Below, piece by piece: positions 43,182-52,800 of a DNA stretch of 64,000 bases. Each line of letters starts with the position of its first letter. Position 1 is the stretch's first letter. The notes under the pieces are model-generated. The model had not been told where the DNA came from. It was given only the letters and a program-made list of their open reading frames with translations, and did not search any database. The position numbers were made by a program, and so were the translations under genes. Source of the stretch: Candidatus Obscuribacteraceae bacterium (GTDB lineage: Bacteria; Cyanobacteriota; Vampirovibrionia; Obscuribacterales; Obscuribacteraceae); NCBI GenBank assembly GCA_044226015.1, contig JBGAHS010000001.1, positions 1 through 64,000 of the forward strand, written 5' to 3'.

Positions 43182-44219
43182 ATGCTAATTTCTGGATTCT
43201 TCTCATTCTTCAAGATGTTGTGTTTTAGCGTTTGCGTTCTGGCAATTGTTGCCATTGCAATGTTGTGTCAGGTGCATCTCGCTGCAGATTTTTCTTTTTC
43301 AAAGGATCTACCTTTGCCGCCTGAGCAATTCTCTTCAGGAAGCCTTTTGGGGAATGGTCCGCAAAGGGCGAAAAGAGAGTTTCCTGGATTTCCGTTGCCC
43401 CGGCACGGATCTTTTGCTGTGTATCAAAATGGTTTGGGTGCCGTTTTGAATGCTGCGATTGACTCGGCACGCAGTGGAAATGCTGAGTCCGAATATGTAA
43501 TGGGCTGGATGTGGGCTTGCGGCTATGGCAGAGACGTTGTTGCGCAAAAAGAATTTCGACGGTTGAACGGTCTTTCAGCAGGAGAGTTTGCCATTGCAAC
43601 AAGTGCATATGTTCGAATCGCATGCTCTGATGAGGAAAATCTCGAAGCTGCGTTCAGGTTCGCACGTAACTGGTACAAGTTAGCAGCTTCCCACGGTTGT
43701 GCGAAAGCCGCAGAGGAGTTAGGGTTTCTTTCGGAATTCGGCAGGGGCGGACCCAGCGACCCGCAAGCTGCACTATACTGGTACGGAAAAGCCGCTGCGG
43801 AAGGCGATGATTCTGCGAAAATGGATCTTGCATTCATGTACGAGAACGGCAAGGGCTGCAAAGCTGACTATAACGAGGCAATGCGCTGGTATGAGCAAGC
43901 CTATAAATCTTCTGCAACTTCAGAATGGGCGTTGGAGAATATTCTGCGCTTATGGGCGACAGATCGCGCTCATCCCTCGTTAAGCTGCCGAAATGGTGCA
44001 AAAAACCTGAAAGAGTTTCTGGCGCAAATTCGCTATTATGATAATACTGGAAAGATAAGCACGACGGTAAATGACCCAGAACTATTAATCCGTGGCATTC
44101 TCGGAGGGCGCTGTATTGGTGCGTCTAAAGAGGTTGATCTTCTAAAGCATCAACATAATATCGATTTTGCACAATATTTGGGTAAAGCGGAGGCGCTCTC
44201 TCAGGAGTGTTTTCAGTAA
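43182..44219 (+). CDS. Sel1-repeat protein with an N-terminal membrane anchor
   Basis: AALYWYGKAAAEGDDSAKMDLAFMYENGKG and related repeats. Confidence 0.85.
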   Translation: MLISGFFSFFKMLCFSVCVLAIVAIAMLCQVHLAADFSFSKDLPLPPEQFSSGSLLGNGPQRAKREFPGFPLPRHGSFAVYQNGLGAVLNAAIDSARSGNAESEYVMGWMWACGYGRDVVAQKEFRRLNGLSAGEFAIATSAYVRIACSDEENLEAAFRFARNWYKLAASHGCAKAAEELGFLSEFGRGGPSDPQAALYWYGKAAAEGDDSAKMDLAFMYENGKGCKADYNEAMRWYEQAYKSSATSEWALENILRLWATDRAHPSLSCRNGAKNLKEFLAQIRYYDNTGKISTTVNDPELLIRGILGGRCIGASKEVDLLKHQHNIDFAQYLGKAEALSQECFQ

Positions 44220-44456
44220 CATAGGGCGCGCGTAGTGCTCTTCTCCTACATAAATCGCCTCGGAGCAGGGTCTGAACTTGTACCCTATTTGGCATTTGAA
44301 CCCAAGTTTTCGCACGTTACTTGCACGTGAAGGCTTGTATATTCTAAACATCCCGAGTAAATGCCAATTCGCAAGTCGTCGGGGACGTGCCCTCCAAATT
44401 CCTTGCCTAAAACAATCCGGCGACTTGCGAAAATCCAATTTACATACGGAAAATGT

Positions 44457-44750
44457 TTGACCTGATGCCCAGCAGCATAAGGTGTCGGAGCAAACATCAG
44501 TCAGCAACCAAACCTCAAACAACCTACCAACTGACTGGTGTTTCCCAACAAAAATTGACCTGATGCCCAGCAGCATAAGGTATCGGAGCAAACACCAGTC
44601 AGCAACCAAACCCTCAAACAACCTACCAACTGACTGGTGTTTGTCTTCCAATTTAAGTTTGACCTGATGCCTAGAAGCATAAGGTATCGGAGCAAACGCC
44701 AGTCATACCAAACCCTCAAACAACCTACCAACTGACTGGTGTTTGTCCTC
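44457..44750 (+). repeat. Three tandem units of about 100 bp (starts 44457, 44555, 44659), each with a small palindrome and a 13-14 bp stem with a C/A-rich loop; candidate ncRNA array
   Basis: Unit ttgacctgatgc-N6-gcataaggtrtcggagcaaacaccagtcag-loop-ctgactggtgttt. Stem variants give G-U pairs only on the + strand. Confidence 0.85.
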
Positions 44751-44774
44751 CAAAAATCATTGACAGGGCTGGAC

Positions 44775-44816
44775 GGAGGAGAGTGATGCAGAGTCATTCT
44801 CCTCCTTGGGGTTTTT
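44775..44816. terminator. Terminator-like hairpin between the array and the 3' end of yitJ
   Basis: ggaggagagtga / tcattctcctcc followed by ttggggttttt. Confidence 0.6.
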
Positions 44817-44819
44817 AGA

Positions 44820-46763
44820 TTACTTACTAGACACTTTCGCTGGTTTTAATTTGCGAACAAACTGGCAAATGTCGTCATATCTTCCAAAAGAAGGCACCAG
44901 ATAAACACCTGCAATGAGTGGGCGAAGCTCTTCGAGGAGTTCTTCGCTGAGTCTCAACCCGACTTCGGCGCCTTTGTCTCCAGCTTCTGCCATTTCCTTT
45001 CTTACATTGTCAGGAATGGTAATGCCTGGAACTTCGTTGTGAAGATATTCGCAGTGTTTATGACTATTCAGCGGCATTATTCCAGCTACTATTGGAATTG
45101 GGCAATCACCGAAATCTTTCAAAAAGTCCGTAAGGTCGCTCAACTGATATAGCGGTTGCGTCATCACGTAATGAGCCCCGGCTTCAATTTTTGCTGCGAA
45201 GCGTTTCATCTCGAGTGCGCGATCAACAGCTGTTGGATTAAGCGCGCAAGAAATGGAAAGTGATGTGGGAGAGCCGATGGTATTACCAGCGATATCATGT
45301 CCTTTGTTGAGTTCGCTGATTATCTTAATTAGCCCAATCGAATCCACGTCGTAAACCGCTGTAGCATGTGCATAGTTGCCAATGCTGGGTGGGTCACCAG
45401 TAAGTGCTAGCACATTTCTTACGCCGAGACCCTGGCATCCCAGCAAGTCCGCCTGTATTCCCATCAAGTTGCGGTCTCTTGTGGTGAAGTGAATGATGGT
45501 GTCGATGCCGACTTGTTGTTGGATAATCAAACAAGTCGCCATGCTGGACATGCGCACTTTAGCCATTGGACTGTCGCCAACGTTGATTGTGTCAGCGCCA
45601 GCTTCTTTCACCTGCTTAGCTGCTTGAAGCAACTTCTTATATACTGCGCCCTTCGGCGGGTCTAATTCAACACTCACGAAGAAGTTATCGCGCTCGTTAG
45701 TTTTTAATTTCTGTCCTACGCCTACTTTTTGACCCTTTTGCGCAGGCTCAGCGGGTTCTTCGTTCTCTTGAACATCTACTCTACCGACACTGATTTTAGT
45801 TGGGAAATTTGCTGGTGCTTTTGCTCCATCAGTATGGTCTGCGTTGAATTTATCCAACGCTTCTCTCATTGCTTTGGTATGTTCTGGTGTTGTACCACAA
45901 CAGCCGCCGATGAGTCTTGCTCCGGCCTCAATGAAAGGTTGGACGAAACTCGCACAATATTCCGGTCGGCTGATGTACATGAAACCATTTCCGACACGAC
46001 CCGGCATACCAGCGTTCGGCTGGCAAGCTAGTGAAATCTTGTCTGGTGTAATCTTCAACTCTGCCAGTGCGGTAGAAAGCTTTTGTAAAGTCTCCAGTGA
46101 TGGTCCTGGTCCGGCACCGCAGTTGATACCAAGTAAATCAGGTCTGTCATCTCCTAGCTCTTTCACCAGGCGTGCAAGGTCGGCAGGAGTAGCGCCGAAA
46201 ACCGTGTGTCCATCTGTCGTGAAACTGAACTGCGCGACTACCGGAAGTTTTGAAATCTTTCGGGCAGCTCTAATTGCTATTGCTGTCTCGATGAGATTTC
46301 CCATAGACTCAATCATGAAGAGATCGACTCCGCCAGCGAGCAATCCTTCCATTTGTTCGCGGAAAGCTGCATCTAGTTCGTTTTTGCTCGTGTCTCCAAT
46401 CGGCGCCAATAATTTGCCTGTTGGTCCGACTGAGCCTGCGATGAAAACTGGCATGCCCGCAATTTCTCGAGCATTCCTTGCCACCTTAGCTGCCCAAACG
46501 TTAAGCTGCCAAACATCCTTTTCTAAACCGTAAGTGGCAAGGCGAAATCTGTTGCCACTGAAAGAGTTTGTTTCAATAACCTGAGCGCCTGCATTGATAT
46601 AGTCAACGTGGACTTGCTGCACTAGCTCTTGTTTGCTTACGTTGAGCTTTTCGAAACCAGCTTCAGCTGATGCTCCTCGAGCGTACAAAAGTGTACCCAT
46701 CGCACCGTCGCCCAGAAGTGGCGATTTCTTTATTGCTTCGAGAAAAGGATGTTGAGTTTCCAT
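44820..46763 (-). CDS. yitJ: Bifunctional homocysteine S-methyltransferase / methylenetetrahydrofolate reductase (likely start METQHPF)
   Basis: DGAMGT and GGCCGTTP, followed by an MTHFR domain (VELDPPKG, RDRNLMG, TGDPP, TQP, LHNEVPGI). Confidence 0.92.
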   Translation of the reverse strand: METQHPFLEAIKKSPLLGDGAMGTLLYARGASAEAGFEKLNVSKQELVQQVHVDYINAGAQVIETNSFSGNRFRLATYGLEKDVWQLNVWAAKVARNAREIAGMPVFIAGSVGPTGKLLAPIGDTSKNELDAAFREQMEGLLAGGVDLFMIESMGNLIETAIAIRAARKISKLPVVAQFSFTTDGHTVFGATPADLARLVKELGDDRPDLLGINCGAGPGPSLETLQKLSTALAELKITPDKISLACQPNAGMPGRVGNGFMYISRPEYCASFVQPFIEAGARLIGGCCGTTPEHTKAMREALDKFNADHTDGAKAPANFPTKISVGRVDVQENEEPAEPAQKGQKVGVGQKLKTNERDNFFVSVELDPPKGAVYKKLLQAAKQVKEAGADTINVGDSPMAKVRMSSMATCLIIQQQVGIDTIIHFTTRDRNLMGIQADLLGCQGLGVRNVLALTGDPPSIGNYAHATAVYDVDSIGLIKIISELNKGHDIAGNTIGSPTSLSISCALNPTAVDRALEMKRFAAKIEAGAHYVMTQPLYQLSDLTDFLKDFGDCPIPIVAGIMPLNSHKHCEYLHNEVPGITIPDNVRKEMAEAGDKGAEVGLRLSEELLEELRPLIAGVYLVPSFGRYDDICQFVRKLKPAKVSSK

Positions 46764-47109
46764 TTGAAGTCTCCAGAACTTGATCAAATTATGGGGCAGC
46801 ATTGTGAAGAAGCTTACACTTTGACATCCAATCCTTACATATGAGACAAATATCGACTGCAATATTCAGCCGCAGTTTCTGGCGAAACAGCTTGAACTGA
46901 AGTCTTGAAAGCTCCTCGATATAAGGACTTTGCGCTGACTAAGGCTGTATTTGATCAGAAGCTGAAATTTCTCTAGCTTCTCGAATTTGCAAACATTCTT
47001 CCGTCTTAAGTTCGCTCAGGAAGGCAATTTCCGCTATCCCTGTTATTATGTCTATGTCTGCCGGCATGTGTCGGCGGCGGTGCAATTGCCTTAGAACGGG
47101 TTAAGACTG

Positions 47110-48912
47110 GTGCCTACGCCTCCAAAATTCATTCGAAACTTCTCGATTATCGCGCACATCGATCACGGTAAATCTACTCTTGCTGACCGGCTTTTGGAGT
47201 ACACCGGAACGATCACAAAGCGCGAGATGCAAGATCAAATTCTCGACTCAATGGATATTGAGAGAGAGCGCGGAATTACCATCAAGGCTCAGGCTGCGCG
47301 AATGGAGTACAAAGCGAAAGATGGGCAAACCTATGTGCTCAATCTTATCGACACTCCGGGGCACGTAGACTTCGGATACGAAGTGTCTAGAAGTCTTGCA
47401 GCGTGCGAAGGCGCACTGCTGGTAGTTGATGCCAGCCAGGGGGTCGAGGCTCAAACTCTAGCGAATGTGCAATTGGCGTTGGACAATAAACTGGAAATCG
47501 TTCCTGTTCTCAATAAAATCGATTTGCCCAGTGCTGAACCAGAGCGCATTCTCAAGGAAATTGAGGATGTATTGCTAATTCCAGCGGACTCTCCTGTTTT
47601 GGTAAGCGCGAAGGCTGGTATTGGTATTCAGGACGTACTCGAAGCTCTAGTCGAACAGGTGCCGCCTCCTCAGGACACCGCTGATAAACCTTTTAGAGCG
47701 CTAGTGTTCGATTCCTATTTCGATAGTTATCGTGGCATTATTGTTTACTTCAGAGTAGTTGATGGCTCGGTAAAAGAGGGCACGAAAATTCGCTTTATGG
47801 CTAACGCCAAAGACTTTGAAGTCACCGAAATCGGAGTTTTGAAACCGAAGCAAGTCAAAGTCACAGAGTTAGGTCCTGGCGAAGTAGGTTATCTTGCGGC
47901 TGCCATTAAAGATGTGGAAGTCCTTGTTGGCGACACAATAACCGATGCCAATGCTCCTGCTGCAGACGCACTTCCCGGATATAGACCAGCCAAACCAATG
48001 GTGTACGCTGGCATTTATCCTGTGGATAACGATCAATACCCTGATTTGCGTGATGCTCTCGATAAACTCAAACTTAACGATGCGTCTTTGTTTTTCGAGC
48101 CAGAAACTTCTGATGCACTCGGTTTCGGCTTCCGATGCGGCTTCCTTGGTTTGCTGCACATGGAAATCGTTCAGGAAAGATTAGAGCGCGAATACAAATT
48201 GTTATTGATTACAACGGCACCATCTGTGGTGTATCGCGTAACCAAAACTGACGGCACCATCTTGATGGTGGAAAACCCTGCTAAATTGCCACCACCGACA
48301 TACAGGGAAATGATAGAAGAGCCCTTTGTTAGCGCGAGTATTATGGTGCCTAACGAGTTCGTTGGAGCTATTATGGAACTTGCTCAGGGGCGACGCGGGG
48401 TGTTTGTAGATATGAAATATCTTGACCCGCGCAGAGCTATGTTGCACTACGATATACCGCTTTCTGAAATCATCACTGATTTCTTTGATCAACTCAAGTC
48501 TCGCTCAAGAGGTTATGCGAGCCTCGACTATCATTTCAAAGAGTATGTCGAGTCACGTCTGGTCAAGCTGGATATTCTATTGAATGGCGAACCAGTTGAT
48601 GCTCTTTCTGCGATCGTGCACCATGAGAGAGCTGCTCAGTATGGTCGAATGCTTGCCGAAAAGCTCAAGAAGTTAATTCCTCGCCAGATGTTCGAAGTAC
48701 CTATTCAGGCTGCTATCGGCGGAAAGGTCATAGCTCGCGAGACCCTTTCCGCGCAACGGAAAAATGTTTTGGCGAAGTGTTATGGTGGAGACATCTCTCG
48801 AAAACGCAAACTGCTCGATAAGCAGAAAGAGGGTAAGAAGAGAATGAAATCTGTCGGACGTATTGAAATTCCGCAAGAAGCCTTTATGGCTCTTCTAAAG
48901 CTCGACGAATAA
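47110..48912 (+). CDS. lepA: Translation elongation factor 4
   Basis: [31 protein letters not shown] and [14 protein letters not shown]. Confidence 0.98.
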   Translation: MPTPPKFIRNFSIIAHIDHGKSTLADRLLEYTGTITKREMQDQILDSMDIERERGITIKAQAARMEYKAKDGQTYVLNLIDTPGHVDFGYEVSRSLAACEGALLVVDASQGVEAQTLANVQLALDNKLEIVPVLNKIDLPSAEPERILKEIEDVLLIPADSPVLVSAKAGIGIQDVLEALVEQVPPPQDTADKPFRALVFDSYFDSYRGIIVYFRVVDGSVKEGTKIRFMANAKDFEVTEIGVLKPKQVKVTELGPGEVGYLAAAIKDVEVLVGDTITDANAPAADALPGYRPAKPMVYAGIYPVDNDQYPDLRDALDKLKLNDASLFFEPETSDALGFGFRCGFLGLLHMEIVQERLEREYKLLLITTAPSVVYRVTKTDGTILMVENPAKLPPPTYREMIEEPFVSASIMVPNEFVGAIMELAQGRRGVFVDMKYLDPRRAMLHYDIPLSEIITDFFDQLKSRSRGYASLDYHFKEYVESRLVKLDILLNGEPVDALSAIVHHERAAQYGRMLAEKLKKLIPRQMFEVPIQAAIGGKVIARETLSAQRKNVLAKCYGGDISRKRKLLDKQKEGKKRMKSVGRIEIPQEAFMALLKLDE

Positions 48913-49680
48913 GTGATGGGCGGAACAGAAGCAGCGAATTTGCTCAAGAGAGCGTGGCATGAGCGAGACAGGCTTTATCACGAGCTTTTCGGACCGCATA
49001 AATATAGTCTTCCAAAAAAATATGAGCCGCCCACCGATGTGGAGGCAGCTGAAGTTTCTACGCCGTCTGAAATCGCCGCACTCTCGGGGAAGACTTTGAG
49101 CGAGAAAGATGTCAGCATTCTTGCTTTCGAGCCTAACAGCTTAAGACCTTATTGGATATTTGCTACATCTGGACTGAGCAATCCCTGGTTTGGTCAAAAT
49201 GAGGACGTGTCAGGTTTTGCCTGTGAGCTAGTGATGAAAACGACAACCCCTGGAAGATGGGCTGTTCGTCTTATGCGCCGGTTGATTTATTACATAACAA
49301 GTTATAGTGGAACCCTCAGCCCAGGAGTGTCTTTGCAATTTGATGCTCCATTGATTCGCGATGGATCTTCTGAGCTAGGTGGTGTCATAGTTTGGTACGT
49401 AGATGAGGCTCCTGATACCATCTATAACCTCTCTAGTGGACAGTTTGGTATTTTTTCGATTATGGGTGTTACTCAAGACGAAGGCGACTTTATCGAAACA
49501 ATTGATCAATATGGATGCTGGTTTGTTCAGCAGATGCTTCGTGAAACAGGCTTTGAACAAAACACGGAACCCAAACGTCAGTCGCTTTTGAAACGAGAAG
49601 ATTTCGCTTCAAAGGTAAATGGATTGAAGAACTATCTCTCCAATTTTGGATTCAATTCGGTCAACGATACCGACATTTAG
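48913..49680 (+). CDS. Suppressor-of-fused (SUFU)-like domain protein
   Basis: WIFATSGLSNPW...GFACEL and GVTQDE patterns; abuts the lepA stop. Confidence 0.65.
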   Translation: MMGGTEAANLLKRAWHERDRLYHELFGPHKYSLPKKYEPPTDVEAAEVSTPSEIAALSGKTLSEKDVSILAFEPNSLRPYWIFATSGLSNPWFGQNEDVSGFACELVMKTTTPGRWAVRLMRRLIYYITSYSGTLSPGVSLQFDAPLIRDGSSELGGVIVWYVDEAPDTIYNLSSGQFGIFSIMGVTQDEGDFIETIDQYGCWFVQQMLRETGFEQNTEPKRQSLLKREDFASKVNGLKNYLSNFGFNSVNDTDI

Positions 49681-50031
49681 TACTCACTGTTCGTTACTTT
49701 TCGTCGAATTGCGATTTCCTGATAAGTTTTTTGCCAAACGAATGTCTCATAAATTTATGACATCTTCAGGCGCTCTGCGTTTGAAAAACTTCTGATAAAA
49801 AATCGAAGAACTATTAGATCTGAAAAATTCCTGAAATGCCTTCGATAAAGTTTTGTGGGCGAAAACGCTTCGTGTATTTATGTTTTGGGGCGCCCTTGTC
49901 TTATGATTTCGCTCTATGAGTGCGGTAATTCTGAAATCCAATTACTTTGTTGTACATAGCGGTGTCATAATGCTGGTATCAAATGTGATGACATTCGATT
50001 TCATTCTTCATTACTAGATTGGATTACGGAA

Positions 50032-52032
50032 ATGACGACTTTAGATTCCGGCGACCAGAGTGGTATCAAAAGAGTTGGAGATTTGTCCAAGCCTGCTGTT
50101 CCTGCCGCATCAAAAGAAATCAAGTCGAAAGACATTTCAGGAACTGTTCCATCGGATGCCATGACTGCATCTTCTGGAATGAGAGCCGCGAATCTAGATG
50201 CTCGATTGCCTGAGCCGGTATTGTCTGAGACTAATAATGCGGCGGTTTCTCTCGATTGCGCTGGGCTGATAGGAAAAGTCTTGGACGGACGCTTCCGCAT
50301 AATTTCTCGACTTGGGCAGGGTGGAATGTGTGAGGTCTTCAAGGCTGAGCATCTGATCTTGCAGAAGCATCTTGCAATAAAGGTCATGCATGCTGGTGAA
50401 AAGGCTAAAGTGAATGGAATTGAACGTTTTCAGCAAGAGGCGAAAGCGATTAGTACTCTTGATCATCCTTCTATCGTCAAAATTCACGCCTTCGGCTGTT
50501 ACGAAGACAGCAATTTGTATCTTGCAATGGACTATCTTCAAGGAATTGGGCTTGACTGTATTCTTAAAGAGCAGGGTTCATTGTCCTGGCAGGATGCTAA
50601 AAGTATTGCCAGGCAGCTAGCAGAGGGACTTGCTCATGCGCATTCGAGAGGTGTGATTCATCGTGATCTTAAGCCAAGCAATGTTATTGTGCTTGATGGT
50701 GATGGCGCCGCATATGGTGGCAGGGTGAAGATCGTCGATTTTGGGGTTGCCCGTTTGACGGAGAATGCTGGTAAGGAATTGAAGCAACTCACTCTGGCCG
50801 GCAACACATGTGGAAGTCCTCCCTACATGAGTCCTGAACAATGCATGGGGCAGCCAGTAGATGCCCGTTCTGATGTATATTCTCTCGGTGTGATGCTGTA
50901 TGAATTACTTTCAGGAAAACGACCATTTCATGGCAATACCAATTTCGAGATAATGCAAAAGCACATCGAGCAATCTCCCAAGAGGTTCAAGTCACTTGTT
51001 CCAAAGATAAGCATTCCTTCTGACTTGGAAGCTGTGGTGCGTAAATGTCTTGACAAAAATCCCGATTTTCGCTACCAAAATATGAACGAGCTTTTGCAAG
51101 ACCTCGACCAGGTCAAGCCTGAAGCTGCGCCTTCATCGCCAGAGCCCCGCAGTGCTGAGAGTGCTAAAGCTGAGCTATTGAGTTTTGTACGCAGTAACAG
51201 TGCTTTTCTCAGGAATCTGTTACTTTCGATGGTATTGCTTGCTGTGGCTGGTGGTTTTGTCATCAATTACTTGCATAGCCCTGAGTACAAAATCAGTCAA
51301 TTGAAGAGCCAGTATCATGCGATTCCATCGTCTGAGCCCGATCGAATTCAGAAGTCCATATCTTTGCTCGGACAATTAGGTTCACTCGAATTGAAAAACG
51401 GCAACGCTCAGACTGCAGTTTTGAATTTGCAAGATCTCGAAGCTGAACTCAAGAGGCAAACAAGTTCAGTTGCGCAGTGCCACAGTCTTGTTTTGATTGC
51501 AAGGCAGTATAAAAGATTCGGTAAAGGTGCTGATGCGCAAAGACTCTTTGATGAAACCATAAAGTTGCTTGAGGATTTTGTTAATCAATCACATCAGCAG
51601 AGAAATTTCGATCAGCTCGAGGAAGCATCGTTTGAAATACTTCGAATTTGTAGAGATGATGACATGCGAATCGACAGAATGCTCGGTCAGTTTAACGTTC
51701 TGATTCCGCTGTATATTTTCAGAAAAGAATTTTCCAAGGCAGAGACTATGGCCAACCGTTCATTGCAGATTATTCGCTCTCATCCACGAGCAAACAGTAC
51801 CAGTGAAATTGTGGCACTCATGAATCTTGCGTGCGCTCTTGAAGAACAGTCGAAGCTTTTTCAGGCTGAGCGAACCTTAAAATCGGCGTGGGAACTTTGT
51901 ACCAGGAGTTGGTCTGAAGACAGCCCTCTTGCGCGTAATGTTGGTTCGAAACTAATTCAGATTTATCGCGCAGAGGGCAAGCAAAACGAAGCAGATGATA
52001 TTGCTGTGAGAATTGGTTCTCAGTCTAAATAG
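50032..52032 (+). CDS. Hanks-type Ser/Thr kinase with a TM helix and a TPR-like C-terminus
   Basis: GQGGMCEVF, HRDLKPSN, DFG and YMSPEQ. Confidence 0.93.
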   Translation: MTTLDSGDQSGIKRVGDLSKPAVPAASKEIKSKDISGTVPSDAMTASSGMRAANLDARLPEPVLSETNNAAVSLDCAGLIGKVLDGRFRIISRLGQGGMCEVFKAEHLILQKHLAIKVMHAGEKAKVNGIERFQQEAKAISTLDHPSIVKIHAFGCYEDSNLYLAMDYLQGIGLDCILKEQGSLSWQDAKSIARQLAEGLAHAHSRGVIHRDLKPSNVIVLDGDGAAYGGRVKIVDFGVARLTENAGKELKQLTLAGNTCGSPPYMSPEQCMGQPVDARSDVYSLGVMLYELLSGKRPFHGNTNFEIMQKHIEQSPKRFKSLVPKISIPSDLEAVVRKCLDKNPDFRYQNMNELLQDLDQVKPEAAPSSPEPRSAESAKAELLSFVRSNSAFLRNLLLSMVLLAVAGGFVINYLHSPEYKISQLKSQYHAIPSSEPDRIQKSISLLGQLGSLELKNGNAQTAVLNLQDLEAELKRQTSSVAQCHSLVLIARQYKRFGKGADAQRLFDETIKLLEDFVNQSHQQRNFDQLEEASFEILRICRDDDMRIDRMLGQFNVLIPLYIFRKEFSKAETMANRSLQIIRSHPRANSTSEIVALMNLACALEEQSKLFQAERTLKSAWELCTRSWSEDSPLARNVGSKLIQIYRAEGKQNEADDIAVRIGSQSK

Positions 52033-52109
52033 CTTTGTATTGATTCTCTGAGTCCAATTTTTTTTCTTTTTTTTTCTGTGTATTCGTTTTGCAGGAAACC
52101 TTTATGGAG

Positions 52110-52168
52110 AAAGCAAAAACGCACCGGCGACTGCCAGTGCGTTTTTACATCGGGTTGGTTGGGCTGGT
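52110..52168 (-). ncRNA. Candidate sibling sRNA copy 1
   Basis: ACCAGCCCAACCAACCCGAT, hairpin and U tract; promoter at 52175-52206. Confidence 0.65.
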
Positions 52169-52174
52169 GATTAG

Positions 52175-52206
52175 ACTATAGATATTGGAACTGACAAAAT
52201 TGTGAC
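52175..52206 (-). promoter_or_regulatory. GTCAC-N6-GTCAG-N10-TATAGT promoter (also at 52309-52340, 52445-52476, 52664-52695 and 56098-56129)
   Basis: Pentamers and spacing are invariant in five copies while the spacer bases differ; the -10 lies 6 nt before the conserved core. Confidence 0.7.
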
Positions 52207-52243
52207 CTGGAAGAAGAAGTGAATGAGGGGAAGTTTGGAGGAG

Positions 52244-52302
52244 AAAGCAAAAACGCACCGGCGACTGCCAGTGCGTTTTTACATCGGGTTGGTTGGGCTG
52301 GT
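52244..52302 (-). ncRNA. Candidate sibling sRNA copy 2
   Basis: Identical to copy 1; promoter at 52309-52340. Confidence 0.65.
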
Positions 52303-52379
52303 GATTAGACTATAGATATTGGAACTGACAAAATTGTGACCTGGAAGAAGAAGTGAATGCGGGGAAGTTTGGGGGAGAG

Positions 52380-52438
52380 AAAGCAAAAACGCACCGGCGA
52401 CTGCCAGTGCGTTTTTACATCGGGTTGGTTGGGCTGGT
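52380..52438 (-). ncRNA. Candidate sibling sRNA copy 3
   Basis: Identical to copy 1; promoter at 52445-52476. Confidence 0.65.
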
Positions 52439-52596
52439 GATTAGACTATAGATATTGAAGCTGACAAAATTGTGACGTGCTAAGAGATTTGGAAGTGCAA
52501 GAGAACCGCATGTCTTGTGGCAAATAAACTGACCAGATAAAACGGATTCTCTGTGTCCAATTTTCTGTGGATTCGTTTTGCAGGATACCTTTATGG

Positions 52597-52657
52597 AAAA
52601 AGCAAAAACGCACCGGCGACTGCCAGTGCGCTTTTACATCGGGTTGGTTGGGCTGGT
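52597..52657 (-). ncRNA. Candidate sibling sRNA copy 4
   Basis: One stem change (A-U to G-U on the minus strand); promoter at 52664-52695. Confidence 0.65.
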
Positions 52658-52800
52658 GATTAGACTGTAGCTTTTGAAACTGACACAAACGTGACTCGCT
52701 TGGATCAAAATGTTTTGGAAAGAACAACGCACCAGCTTGAGCCGGTGCGCATTTCTACAAGTTTCCACAAAACGATCAATTGAACCGGTAAAATACCATC

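Noticed and set aside
44457..44483. MerR/CueR-type promoter (TTGACC with an ACCT...AGGT dyad)
   Set aside because: The dyad is 24 bp and no -10 hexamer lies 19-20 bp from TTGACC. TAAGGT is only 15 bp away, so the promoter class is unresolved.
44142..44797. ORFs of 60-169 aa across the 44.5-kb repeats
   Set aside because: By-products of the repeat in several frames, with no family motifs and inconsistent frames between units.
46764..47109. SAM or cobalamin riboswitch upstream of yitJ (and upstream of metH)
   Set aside because: I could not identify the conserved cores by eye; an Rfam cmscan would be needed.
47097..47112. Partial complementarity of the lepA start region (CGGGTT...CTGGT) to the sRNA seed
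   Set aside because: Two short blocks of 6 and 5 nt with an unpaired middle; expected by chance.
49714..49856. Loosely repeated ttc(c)tgataa / gaaaaa.ttc words in the intergenic region
   Set aside because: Irregular spacing and low complexity; not distinguishable from background.
52104..52700. CRISPR array interpretation of the 52-kb repeats (and of the 44.5-kb repeats)
   Set aside because: Units are 100-136 bp and near-identical throughout, with no unique spacers, and there are no cas genes in the window.
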